From NCBI GenBank assembly GCA_049324295.1, contig JBMOKQ010000043.1:10746-74745 (forward strand): a stretch of 64,000 bases of DNA. Reading direction: 5' to 3'. The notes below the pieces were generated by a model, which searched no databases, had not been told where the DNA came from, and worked only from the letters and a program-made list of their open reading frames with translations. The translations under genes and the position numbers were made by a program. How positions within the stretch are numbered: position 1 is the first letter of the stretch; the number at the start of each line of letters is the position of its first letter. Of the stretch, positions 46,731-55,910 are shown piece after piece. Source of the DNA: Bacteroidota bacterium (GTDB lineage Bacteria; Bacteroidota; Bacteroidia; Chitinophagales; Chitinophagaceae).

Positions 46731-48269
46731 GTGATGCAAATGACCATAGCAGCAATTGAACAGAAATTGTCCGGAACGGAATGCAGGGTATCCCGACAGA
46801 ATCATTTGTTTCCTGTTTTTATTCAACTGGAAAGGATGCGTGTGTTGATAATAGGAGGCGGACCGGTAGCTTTTGAAAAATTGCAAACCGTATTGAATAA
46901 CGCGCCCGCCACAAGGGTTAAAATAGTGGCTAAAGCATTTGATGAAGAACTGACTTTACTGGCAGAAAAAAAAGAACAAGTGGCATTGGTGCAAAAAGGC
47001 TATTCTTCCGGAGATTTGTACGATGCCGATATAGTTATTGTTGCAGTAAATGATATTACTACTGCAGAAGAAATTCGTAACGATGCAAAAGCCAGGAAGC
47101 TATTGGTGAATGTGGCTGATAAACCTGCTTTATGCGATTTTTATCTTGGCTCGGTGGTACAAAAAGGAAATCTTAAACTGGCCATTTCCACGAACGGAAA
47201 GTCCCCCACCATTGCCAAACGGCTAAAAGAAACATTACAGGAATCATTACCGCCTGAACTCGACCAGGTACTGGATCAGATGCAACTCATCAGGAATAAA
47301 ATTGGAGGAGATTTTTCTTATAAAGTAAAAAAATTAAATGAAATAACAGCCGTGTTAGCGGCAACGGATAAGAGGAACCCGACAGTTGCTGAACAGCGAT
47401 GGAAAAAAATAGCATCCATTTTTTTGTTTGCTTTCTTCTTTATGTTTATTGGCCATCTTGTTCTTTCCTATGTTCCATTCGCACAATTGTTTACAGAATC
47501 AAAAGAACTGGTAGCATCTTTAGACAGTACGTTTTACTGGATGATACTGGCAGGTTTTCTGGCGCAGTTGGTAGATGGTTTGCTGGGAATGGGTTATGGT
47601 GTGGTATCAGCAACTGTGCTCCTTTCTCTGGGTATTAAATTACCTGCTATCAGCGGAAGTATTCATACGGCCGAAATGTTTTCGAGTGCAGCCTCAGGTT
47701 ATAGTCATTATCGTTTTGGCAACGTTAATAAAAAATTATTCAAAGCATTACTGATTCCCGGGGTACTTGGCGCCATATTGGGTGCAGTCGCTTTATCGAA
47801 ATTATCGGATCATTATTCGGGTTTTGTAAAACCTGTTTTGGCAGCGTACACGCTATTCCTTGGCTTAAGGATATTGAGAACAGGCTTCAAAAAAATAAAT
47901 AGACCAAAGAAATTCCGTAAAGTAGGCTGGCTGGGTGCAGCAGGTGGCTTTCTTGATTCTTTTGGTGGTGGTGGATGGGGACCATTGGTTACGAGTACAC
48001 TCATATTAAAAGGGAAAACACCCCGCTATGTAATTGGTTCAGTAAGTATTGTTGAGTTTTTTGTTACGCTGGCAAGTGCAGCAACCTTCTTTTCTTTATT
48101 AGGAATATCTCACTGGCCCATTATTGCCGGATTGATTATTGGCGGTGTTATTGCAGCTCCTATTGCAGCAAGACTTACGGGTAAATTACCATTGAAGACA
48201 ATGTTTATTGCAGTAGGTATAATGGTTATTATCTGGAGTATGCGTATACTGATTAATTCATTCCTGTAA
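46731..48269 (+). CDS. Fusion of precorrin-2 dehydrogenase/sirohydrochlorin ferrochelatase (CysG N-terminal/Met8-like) and a TauE/SafE transporter
   Basis: LFPVF, IGGGPVA, NVADKP..CDF, ISTNGKSP; then VDGLLGMGYG and GGGGWGP TauE motifs. Confidence 0.88.
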   Translation: MMQMTIAAIEQKLSGTECRVSRQNHLFPVFIQLERMRVLIIGGGPVAFEKLQTVLNNAPATRVKIVAKAFDEELTLLAEKKEQVALVQKGYSSGDLYDADIVIVAVNDITTAEEIRNDAKARKLLVNVADKPALCDFYLGSVVQKGNLKLAISTNGKSPTIAKRLKETLQESLPPELDQVLDQMQLIRNKIGGDFSYKVKKLNEITAVLAATDKRNPTVAEQRWKKIASIFLFAFFFMFIGHLVLSYVPFAQLFTESKELVASLDSTFYWMILAGFLAQLVDGLLGMGYGVVSATVLLSLGIKLPAISGSIHTAEMFSSAASGYSHYRFGNVNKKLFKALLIPGVLGAILGAVALSKLSDHYSGFVKPVLAAYTLFLGLRILRTGFKKINRPKKFRKVGWLGAAGGFLDSFGGGGWGPLVTSTLILKGKTPRYVIGSVSIVEFFVTLASAATFFSLLGISHWPIIAGLIIGGVIAAPIAARLTGKLPLKTMFIAVGIMVIIWSMRILINSFL

Positions 48270-48275
48270 AAAAAA

Positions 48276-48311
48276 TAAAAAAGCCTTTGCGGGGATTTCT
48301 CTGCAAAGGCT
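48276..48311 (-). terminator. Terminator between convergent genes
   Basis: AGCCTTTGC...GCAAAGGCT with an A-tract on its left side. Confidence 0.7.
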
Positions 48312-48547
48312 GCGTAGCGTTTGGTTTTCAACTTCATGGATATTACCCGTTTAACTTACACTACAATAGTTAACAGGCTGATTTGGATTTTTCTTAAGAT
48401 GCTTGGATTTTAAATCAAGCAATGATACGTTTGTCTGTATCGGTTGCTAATACAAAGAAACTATATACAGCGGGCAGATGAAATAGTGATGCCAGTTGAG
48501 TTGTTGTAATGGTTTTACTACATGCTAACCGTTTTTTAACGGCATTT

Positions 48548-49141
48548 CTACCAGGATGCCTGCGTTAAATTACCGTATCTGATATTCCTGGCAAGCTCAA
48601 GTTGTACTTTTTGTATAGAATTATTTACCTGTGGAACAATGTATTGCTGTACATAAGCCAAACGATTTAGTTGCCGTTCATTATAGGCTTCCAGTTCAAA
48701 TTGTGCAGGTCTCATATTTCCTGAAGTGGTTGGGGCGGTAAAACAAATGATGTCGGTAATCAGGTTTTCATATCCTGCATTAGTGAAGCTGATGGTCATG
48801 GTAAACATTACAAATATTTGCTCCATCACCAGACCTGAACGATCATCAACCGGGTACATTACATAGAATCCGCACTTGCCTGCAATACTGTTGGTTGTTT
48901 CTATCATTTGTAACGACTTCCCTTTCCTGGCAATTTTAAAATGATCCTCAAACCTGGATGTTTTATAATAATTAATAAACCATGTTTTAACCCGGTTATA
49001 CTTCTCCGCCTTGGTAATTCCTATTTCTTCTGTTTTCAGATAATACACTTTACCCGATGACTCATTCACCGGAAAAAAAACCTGGCCATTGCCATTTAGT
49101 TGCAGATACAGAAAGGCAATCAGAAAAAAACATCTCTTCAT
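48548..49141 (-). CDS. Hypothetical exported protein (DUF4468-like)
   Basis: Signal peptide from ATG 49141; KAEKYNRVKTWF pattern. Confidence 0.6.
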   Translation of the reverse strand: MKRCFFLIAFLYLQLNGNGQVFFPVNESSGKVYYLKTEEIGITKAEKYNRVKTWFINYYKTSRFEDHFKIARKGKSLQMIETTNSIAGKCGFYVMYPVDDRSGLVMEQIFVMFTMTISFTNAGYENLITDIICFTAPTTSGNMRPAQFELEAYNERQLNRLAYVQQYIVPQVNNSIQKVQLELARNIRYGNLTQASW

Positions 49142-49402
49142 AAGCTGTAGTAGTGAACAAGGTAAATAAACCGTAAGAACCAACCAATTAGATTCGGCTT
49201 AAAAGATGAAAACTCTCTGCATAACCTCCCTTTCTTCTCTTTGTTAATAACACTTTGCATTTTTCGTAGTGCGCTTCTGTATAACCTTTTTAACAAAGAG
49301 AAGGGAAGAAAGGGAGGTTACACAGAGATACTACTGATTAAATAACAAAGGATAAGTAGTAACTTAATATCAGGCAAAATTAAATAACGGCCTAAACAGG
49401 GT

Positions 49403-49819
49403 ATGAAAAACAAACAGCGTACACAGGTGAGCACCTGGCATGAACAACATTCTTCAAAAAGAACTTTTGGCCAAAGGGTTGCAGACAGTATGGGCTCCTG
49501 GTCATTCATGATTATACAAACCATTATTGTTGTAGTATAGATGGCTTGTAATCTTATTGGTTTTATCATGCATTGGGCCCCCTATCCATTTATTTTACTC
49601 AATCTTTTGTTTTCAACAAGGCAGCTTATGCGGTACCTATCATTATGATGTTGCAGAAAAGACAAAATGAACGCTGACCGTTTACAGGTCATGGATGATT
49701 ACCAGACCAATCTGGAAGCTAAACAGGAAATAGAAGAGTTACAAAGAAGGTTAAATAGTATTGATGTTGATAAACTCAATAAAATAATCGCCATACCGGA
49801 ATCGTGTAAATCCAGGTAA
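49403..49819 (+). pseudogene. DUF1003 membrane protein pseudogene
   Basis: TFGQRVAD.MGSWSF, PYPFILLNLLFS, AAYA.PIIMM.Q.RQ, DYQTNLEAKQEIE; one in-frame TAG and two frameshifts. Confidence 0.8.
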
Positions 49820-49824
49820 ATGAT

Positions 49825-51063
49825 TTAATACATGGCCATATCGGAACACTGGTTAGATCGCCATAAAAATTTGAGTGTACAGCACATTCTTACCTGTGCA
49901 AGTATGCCCGCTGCAATAGTAAGCACCGCTATGAATATAAGCGTGCCGTTAATGCCAATACTGTCTGCAAGAAATCCTGCTAAGATAGCGCCCATTACAT
50001 AACCACTGTCTCTCCAGAAACGAAACAAACTCAATCCAACCGCTCTTTGAGACGGGTGAAGATTTTCAGCCATCACCGTTAAAAAATTCGGGTACACAAA
50101 TGCTGTACCTATACCTAACAATACAGCCGCTATGAGCATCCATATAAATGAATATGAAATAATCATCAGCAAAATAGCCAAACCCTGAACTATCATTCCC
50201 AGTGTAATCAATTGTTTTTTGCAGGCATGGTCACCTAACTTGCCGGTAAATAACTGCATAAATCCCCAGACAGCGGGGTAAACTGCTGCGATCCATCCAA
50301 TTTCAACCGTACTGAATCCTCTCTGTATTAATAATAGTGGAAGCACCCCCCATACCATCGCATCATTCATATTGTTTACCAGTCCATTGATGGAAACAGT
50401 ACCCATATTATGGTGTTTCCAGCTTACTTCTGTCCATAGTCTGTTAAATATTTTGTTTGCTGAAGTTTGTGCTTCATGCGATACAAAATGACCGGTATCT
50501 TTTATGAGAAATATAGAGATGAGCAGACCGGCAAGCAGAAAGAAAACACCCGGTAAAAATGGAAAATACCGGTAACCATAATCAGCAGCTATATTGCTGG
50601 CCAGCAAAGCGGCAAGTCCAACGGCTATATATCCTGCAAATTCATTGATACCCATGGCAAGGCCGCGATTTTTATTTCCTACCAGGTCAATTTTCATGAT
50701 TACTGTTGAAGACCAGGCCAGGCCCTGGTTTATTCCGAGGAAAATATTTGCGGCAATTATCCACCACCAGGAAGAAGCATACATCAGTAAAAACGGAACA
50801 GGTATGGCAGCAATCCATCCTGCAATCAATACCTGCTTTCTTGTTTTTTGAAGCATGAGTTTTGCTACAGCCAGGTTAGCGAGCGCTTTTGTTATACCAA
50901 AAGCAAGAATAAATGACAGGATTACCGTGTATTCATTGAGAAAAAATACTTCTTTGCCAAGCCCGGGTAATACAGAGCGCTCCAACCCGATCATGGTACC
51001 CACAAAAGCGTTGACTAATACCAACAGGTAAAACTGGGAGGCATTTTTTTTCAATCCCTGCAT
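49825..51063 (-). CDS. MFS transporter
   Basis: 12 hydrophobic segments; GLERSVLP, KIDLVG...RGLAMGINE, FWRDSGY. Confidence 0.92.
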   Translation of the reverse strand: MQGLKKNASQFYLLVLVNAFVGTMIGLERSVLPGLGKEVFFLNEYTVILSFILAFGITKALANLAVAKLMLQKTRKQVLIAGWIAAIPVPFLLMYASSWWWIIAANIFLGINQGLAWSSTVIMKIDLVGNKNRGLAMGINEFAGYIAVGLAALLASNIAADYGYRYFPFLPGVFFLLAGLLISIFLIKDTGHFVSHEAQTSANKIFNRLWTEVSWKHHNMGTVSINGLVNNMNDAMVWGVLPLLLIQRGFSTVEIGWIAAVYPAVWGFMQLFTGKLGDHACKKQLITLGMIVQGLAILLMIISYSFIWMLIAAVLLGIGTAFVYPNFLTVMAENLHPSQRAVGLSLFRFWRDSGYVMGAILAGFLADSIGINGTLIFIAVLTIAAGILAQVRMCCTLKFLWRSNQCSDMAMY

Positions 51064-51072
51064 ATAAATAAT

Positions 51073-51576
51073 TTAGTGTGGCAAACGATCCCTGAAATAA
51101 CCATACACCCATGTACCGGCAATAGCACTTAATAAAATTACAATCATTACCGTAATTCCCATTCCAATTTGAGCAAAGATGGGTCCCGGGCATGCACCGG
51201 TAAGAGCCCAGCCCAAACCAAAAATTAGTCCACCAATGATCTGGCCCTTATTGAATTTTTTGGGAGTAAAATGTATTTCTTCACCATGAATGGTTTTTAC
51301 TTTAAACTTTTTAATCAGCGCCACAGAAATGGCCCCAACCATAACAGCCGCTCCTATTACACCATACATATGAAAACTCTGAAACCGGAACATTTCCTGC
51401 ATGCGAAACCAGGAAATGATTTCAGCTTTTATAAATACAATTCCAAATAAAATACCTACGACCAGGTATTTAAAATTATACCACCACGGATGTTGTTGTT
51501 CAGACTCGTTTATACACATGGTATCGAGTGAACGAACTTCAAAATCGGTTACTATTTCTGTTTGAGATCTGTTCAT
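51073..51576 (-). CDS. YeeE/YedE-family (DUF6691) sulfur-compound transporter subunit
   Basis: GILFG, FGLGWALTGACPGP. Confidence 0.88.
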   Translation of the reverse strand: MNRSQTEIVTDFEVRSLDTMCINESEQQHPWWYNFKYLVVGILFGIVFIKAEIISWFRMQEMFRFQSFHMYGVIGAAVMVGAISVALIKKFKVKTIHGEEIHFTPKKFNKGQIIGGLIFGLGWALTGACPGPIFAQIGMGITVMIVILLSAIAGTWVYGYFRDRLPH

Positions 51577-51585
51577 TGTTTTCAG

Positions 51586-52149
51586 TTATAGTTTCATAAT
51601 AACGGGAAGTATAAAATTGGCCATTAAAAAACCGCCGGCCATAAAACAGCAGGTTGCTACCAATGAGGGCCATTGAAGATTGCTTAACCCCATGATGGCA
51701 TGTCCGCTTGTACATCCGCCTGCATAACGGGAACCAAAACCCACCAGGAAACCACCACCCACCATCAGTATCAGTCCGCGTACAGAGAAAAGAGATTCCC
51801 AGGATACCAGTTCTTTTGGTACCATACTGCTGTAATCGCTCATGCCATATTCTTTTAACTCATTTACGAGTGCAGGATGAACAATAATCGGATCAGGATC
51901 GGGAATACCAAATGCGGCAATCATGGCGCCAATGAGAATGCCTCCTACAAAAAACAGGTTCCATGATTCTTTCTTCCAGTCGTACTGAAAAAAATTAATC
52001 TTCGCAGGAAAACAGGCGGCACAGGCATGACGCAGGTTGGCTGAAATACCAAAATGTTTATTGCCTAATAATAATAATATTGGAACAATTAATCCAATCA
52101 CTACACCCGCTACATACCAGGGCCAGGGCTGTTGTAAGAATTCTTGCAT
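51586..52149 (-). CDS. YeeE/YedE-family thiosulfate transporter subunit
   Basis: [14 protein letters not shown]...[17 protein letters not shown]. Confidence 0.9.
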   Translation of the reverse strand: MQEFLQQPWPWYVAGVVIGLIVPILLLLGNKHFGISANLRHACAACFPAKINFFQYDWKKESWNLFFVGGILIGAMIAAFGIPDPDPIIVHPALVNELKEYGMSDYSSMVPKELVSWESLFSVRGLILMVGGGFLVGFGSRYAGGCTSGHAIMGLSNLQWPSLVATCCFMAGGFLMANFILPVIMKL

Positions 52150-52194
52150 AAAAAATATTGACTACAAAAATGCTGTTTATCGTATTGCTGAAAC

Positions 52195-52208
52195 GTGATT
52201 CATGTCAC
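52195..52208. promoter_or_regulatory. Crp-type box GTGA-N6-TCAC upstream of yeeE
   Basis: CGTGATTCATGTCACG, 46 bp before the start at 52149. Confidence 0.65.
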
Positions 52209-52217
52209 GCCGATGCA

Positions 52218-53192
52218 CTATTGTTTTTTTGCCTGTATAATAGGTAGGAAGGGGCCATATTTATGTTGCTGTTCGCTGAAACCATCTGCGTATGGACCAA
52301 AAGGATGATCAAAAGGTTTAGTTGAAATATCGGGCCAATCGTATCGTTCCTTAAAAACAGGCCGGGGTTGTGAATTTACATAAGCGGCCAGGTCCCAGGC
52401 TTCTTCGTTTGTGAGATGAGTATTGTGTGTAACCTCGTTGAACGGCATATTGGATTGTACAAAACCTGCAAAATTACTGAGACGATATAAACCTGCTCCT
52501 GTATTGTAACTATGGTTACCCCACAAAGGCGGATAACTGTAACCAGTATTCTCCGGATTTATTTGTCCTTCTCCATTACTGCCATGACAACGTTCGCAGC
52601 TGGTCGTATAAATTTTTTTTCCGCGAACCGGGTCGGCTGCACGAGCTAATATTGCCGGTACTTTTATACCGCTGCCCCTGGGATGTTCATTTTTAATCAC
52701 GTCTTTTCCTACCCACTTAATATATGCCTCAATAGCAAGGAACTCACGGCTGTTACTGTCTGGCGCATGGCCGTTCAAACTTCTTTCAAAACAATCGCTC
52801 ACACGTTTATAAATACTTTCCATGTTGCCGCTTCTTGCCCTAAACCTGGGGTAAGTAGCTGCAACAGCTGCATAATTATTACCATCAACCCGTTTACCTG
52901 CATCTAAATGACAGTTCTGGCAGTTCATCCCATTACTGATCTGCTGAACTGTTCCGTTAGGTCCGAGGTATTTTGATGTATGTGCAATTAACTCCTCACC
53001 ATATAAAACAAGTTCACGTGAATGTTCATCTTTTATAGGATCGAGATAATAACTGGGTGCATGCCAACTGCTATCAGCCTGGCTATAAAAATCTGAATGC
53101 CTGCTGCTTTGAAAAATCCAACTGGTAATGACAGCAAATGCCAGTACAAATAATAAAAAAGCCGGCCAGTTTGTTTTTATCTTCTTCCACAT
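52218..53192 (-). CDS. tsdA: Diheme cytochrome c, thiosulfate dehydrogenase TsdA-like
   Basis: CQNCH and CERCH heme motifs; RVSDCFERSLNG with the active-site Cys; PPLWG..SYN.GAG, MP. Confidence 0.8.
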   Translation of the reverse strand: MWKKIKTNWPAFLLFVLAFAVITSWIFQSSRHSDFYSQADSSWHAPSYYLDPIKDEHSRELVLYGEELIAHTSKYLGPNGTVQQISNGMNCQNCHLDAGKRVDGNNYAAVAATYPRFRARSGNMESIYKRVSDCFERSLNGHAPDSNSREFLAIEAYIKWVGKDVIKNEHPRGSGIKVPAILARAADPVRGKKIYTTSCERCHGSNGEGQINPENTGYSYPPLWGNHSYNTGAGLYRLSNFAGFVQSNMPFNEVTHNTHLTNEEAWDLAAYVNSQPRPVFKERYDWPDISTKPFDHPFGPYADGFSEQQHKYGPFLPIIQAKKQ

Positions 53193-53202
53193 TGCTTCTC
53201 CA

Positions 53203-54594
53203 TTAAAATCGGTAGTTTAAAATTAGGTTGAATAACGATGCGTTTACTTTATGAATAACATATTTGTCGTTATTATAGCTGTTTCCTTTCTGTCCTTTGT
53301 ATACATATAGTAATTGTGCCTGTGCCCCGTTTAATAAACCTTTGAAATGATACTGAAGATCAATATTCAGTTGGGTATAAGATGGCATGCCATATTTATT
53401 GAATGCTGTATTCAGTACATCGGGTAAATGGTAATAACCAAAACCCGCCTTCGACTGGAACCCACTTTTTCCAAACTTTTTTTTATACTGCAGCATCCAT
53501 GCGTTCAAATCGCCAAAGCCATCGTTTCTTTCACGGGGTAAAAAAGTAAAAAACGGGTCGCGCCCCCATTCACGGGGCATTAAGTAACGGCCGTGGCGGG
53601 TAATGCGGGTATAATTAAAAGAAATATCCTGTTCCTTATTTTTCCAGCCCATTCTTGCTCCAACACTCAAAGCGTTATTACCCTTTTGCATATAAGTATG
53701 ATCGGGATTCTGGTTGCCGCCATTTTTTAAACTGTGTTGTATGATAGCCTGGGCAGAAGCATAATAATACTGTTGCTCATTCTCTGAAAAACGTTGATCG
53801 ATTTGAAATAACATCGTATTAAAAACCTGGTCGGTAAATTGTTCCCAGAACTGAATTTTTGTTTGTTTGCTTATAGGGTAACTAATTCCAACAAGACCAA
53901 TAAATTTACTGTTGATATGACTCCTGTAATCAGAAGGCTTACCGGATATATTAACGCCTTGTGGGTATATGCCAAATGACTGCCCGATATTAAACCAGCG
54001 AACGGTACTTCGCGGACTTATTCCCCAAAGTACACCCGCATCTATTTCCAGGTTTTCTGTTTTTGTTTTCAGCCATATACCTTCTACTCCTGTTGGCCGC
54101 ATTCTTCCATCCTGCGGGTTGATAAAAGGGGTATTGATGATTTGTTTGCCCAGTGTAACCACATTCTGTTTCCAGCTATAACTCAAATACAGTTCTTCCA
54201 AACGATCAATATCATTTTTGTTGGATCGGTTTTCAATATCAAATAACCCTATTTCATAACGATTTGGCTGTTGCGTAACAGGGTCGGGTTTAATAAGATC
54301 GGACGAGCCTGTATTAAAAATAAAAAAGCCACCAATACCCAGCCGGAACCTATGAAAAGCAGCAGTGGTATAACTTAAACCACCACCTGTAGCATGTGCA
54401 TGATAATCTGAGAGTCCTTTCTTATTATCGGTACCCATAAAAAAATACCTGAAATGCCCTTCCACCTTACCATTCCTGAAAGCAGATAACAGGGAGCTGC
54501 TGTCTTTATTTGATTCAGTTATTTCATGCTGTGCCAATACCGTATGACTGAGTAAAGTGAATGAAATTCCTATGGCAGCATATTGAACTGTCAT
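53203..54594 (-). CDS. OprD-like outer-membrane porin
   Basis: Signal peptide, G.F.YFFM, LEELYL, GKQ..NTP..NPQDGRM, terminal LNYRF. Confidence 0.8.
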   Translation of the reverse strand: MTVQYAAIGISFTLLSHTVLAQHEITESNKDSSSLLSAFRNGKVEGHFRYFFMGTDNKKGLSDYHAHATGGGLSYTTAAFHRFRLGIGGFFIFNTGSSDLIKPDPVTQQPNRYEIGLFDIENRSNKNDIDRLEELYLSYSWKQNVVTLGKQIINTPFINPQDGRMRPTGVEGIWLKTKTENLEIDAGVLWGISPRSTVRWFNIGQSFGIYPQGVNISGKPSDYRSHINSKFIGLVGISYPISKQTKIQFWEQFTDQVFNTMLFQIDQRFSENEQQYYYASAQAIIQHSLKNGGNQNPDHTYMQKGNNALSVGARMGWKNKEQDISFNYTRITRHGRYLMPREWGRDPFFTFLPRERNDGFGDLNAWMLQYKKKFGKSGFQSKAGFGYYHLPDVLNTAFNKYGMPSYTQLNIDLQYHFKGLLNGAQAQLLYVYKGQKGNSYNNDKYVIHKVNASLFNLILNYRF

Positions 54595-54619
54595 GAGTGA
54601 TAGTCAATTAATTTGAAAA

Positions 54620-54880
54620 TTATTTCCCCACGGAACAAGATACGATCGAAAGGGCCCTGCTAAATAATGAATTATGACCCAATGCCGGATAACCCATTTT
54701 ACGGAGGGCTTTTATAACCAGGTCTCTGCTTATACCAATACCCATAACAGATATCTTTTTTTCCGGCACCGATACATTCACTCCCTGTACACCTGGAATT
54801 TTATTGAGTTCAGATTGAATACTGTTTACACAGCCACTATAGCGAATGTTTTCGGTATAAAATATTTCTGTTGTTGTCAT
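54620..54880 (-). CDS. Heavy-metal-associated (HMA) domain protein
   Basis: ENIRYSGCVNSIQSEL..IPGV.GV...LRKMGYP HMA fold; YSGC replaces CxxC. Confidence 0.75.
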   Translation of the reverse strand: MTTTEIFYTENIRYSGCVNSIQSELNKIPGVQGVNVSVPEKKISVMGIGISRDLVIKALRKMGYPALGHNSLFSRALSIVSCSVGK

Positions 54881-55182
54881 GATGTATATTGTTGTAACAA
54901 CTGTTGTAACCGGCCGGCATTTTTTACACCAGACTCTCTCCACAACAGTTGTCCTTTCTTAAAAATCATCAGCGTTGGTATACTGCTTACCTGGAAATGT
55001 GCGGCCACATCGGAATGTTTATCTACATTTACTTTGAATACCTGTACCTGGTTACCCATCCTGTTTTTAATTTCTTTTAATACTGGTGGCATCATACGGC
55101 AGGGGCCGCACCAGTCCGCATAAAAGTCTACCAGTACTGGTTTTTCATTGTCTATAATTTTAGCAAATGCATTATTCAACAT
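54877..55182 (-). CDS. trxA: Thioredoxin
   Basis: VDFYADWCGPC, KVNVD, SIPTL; ORF open to 55233. Confidence 0.93.
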   Translation of the reverse strand: MLNNAFAKIIDNEKPVLVDFYADWCGPCRMMPPVLKEIKNRMGNQVQVFKVNVDKHSDVAAHFQVSSIPTLMIFKKGQLLWRESGVKNAGRLQQLLQQYTS

Positions 55183-55399
55183 GTGTTTTTTGTTTTGAAG
55201 GTTTCTTAAACAAACTAAAAACCAATACACCAAGTACCGAAAAATAAAGCGTGCTGTTTACTGGTTTTGAAGTAATGGCACAGGTGCCTGAGATACAGCC
55301 AACATATTTCCAGTAAAGGAAACCACTAAGTGCGCCAATTGCGGCACCAATGAGTAAAAGATAATTTTTACTAAACCACTTCTTCATATATAGGTTCAT
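55172..55399 (-). CDS. DUF6132-like small membrane protein
   Basis: GFLYWKYVGCISGTCAITSKP motif. Confidence 0.8.
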   Translation of the reverse strand: MNLYMKKWFSKNYLLLIGAAIGALSGFLYWKYVGCISGTCAITSKPVNSTLYFSVLGVLVFSLFKKPSKQKTHVE

Positions 55400-55619
55400 T
55401 TGCTGAAACAGGTTGCTTCTTTTTTACGGGTGTATAACAGCCATTGGGTCCACAGCAGCCAATATTAAATAATCCCATGGCAAGCAGTATCAGCCCTATA
55501 ACGGCTGTGGTACTGTCTTTTACATACCAGGACTGTACTAGAATGGCAAGCGCCAAAACTACTCTTAACACGCGCATAAAATGCCAGCTGCTGCTTATTA
55601 TTTTGATGAATGATGCCAT
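55371..55619 (-). CDS. Small membrane protein (DUF2892/YgaP-like)
   Basis: Two TM segments followed by GCCGPNGC. Confidence 0.65.
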   Translation of the reverse strand: MASFIKIISSSWHFMRVLRVVLALAILVQSWYVKDSTTAVIGLILLAMGLFNIGCCGPNGCYTPVKKKQPVSANEPIYEEVV

Positions 55620-55625
55620 TGTTTC

Positions 55626-55907
55626 TTAATTTTTATATTGCAGCATATCGCTTAATCCACCACCATTGTACACTTCTTTCAGTCCCTGCTGGTGTAAAAA
55701 ATTCATACCGATACTACTCCTGTTGCCACTTCTGCAATAAAGAATAACAGGTTTGTTATCTCTTTTTAACTGGTGTAAATGTTTGGGTAATTCGTCTAAC
55801 GGAATATTAATGGCATCGGGATAATGCGATACACCAAACTCACTGCTTGTTCTTACATCAATAATGGTAGCATTGCTGTTATTGATTATTTCCTGAATTG
55901 TTTTCAT
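55626..55907 (-). CDS. Single-domain rhodanese
   Basis: IIDVRT..EF, AINIPL, YCRSGNRS active-site loop. Confidence 0.93.
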   Translation of the reverse strand: MKTIQEIINNSNATIIDVRTSSEFGVSHYPDAINIPLDELPKHLHQLKRDNKPVILYCRSGNRSSIGMNFLHQQGLKEVYNGGGLSDMLQYKN

Positions 55908-55910
55908 TGT

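Noticed and set aside
49318-49569. 83-aa minus-strand ORF
   Set aside because: Antisense to the DUF1003 pseudogene, which explains the sequence better.
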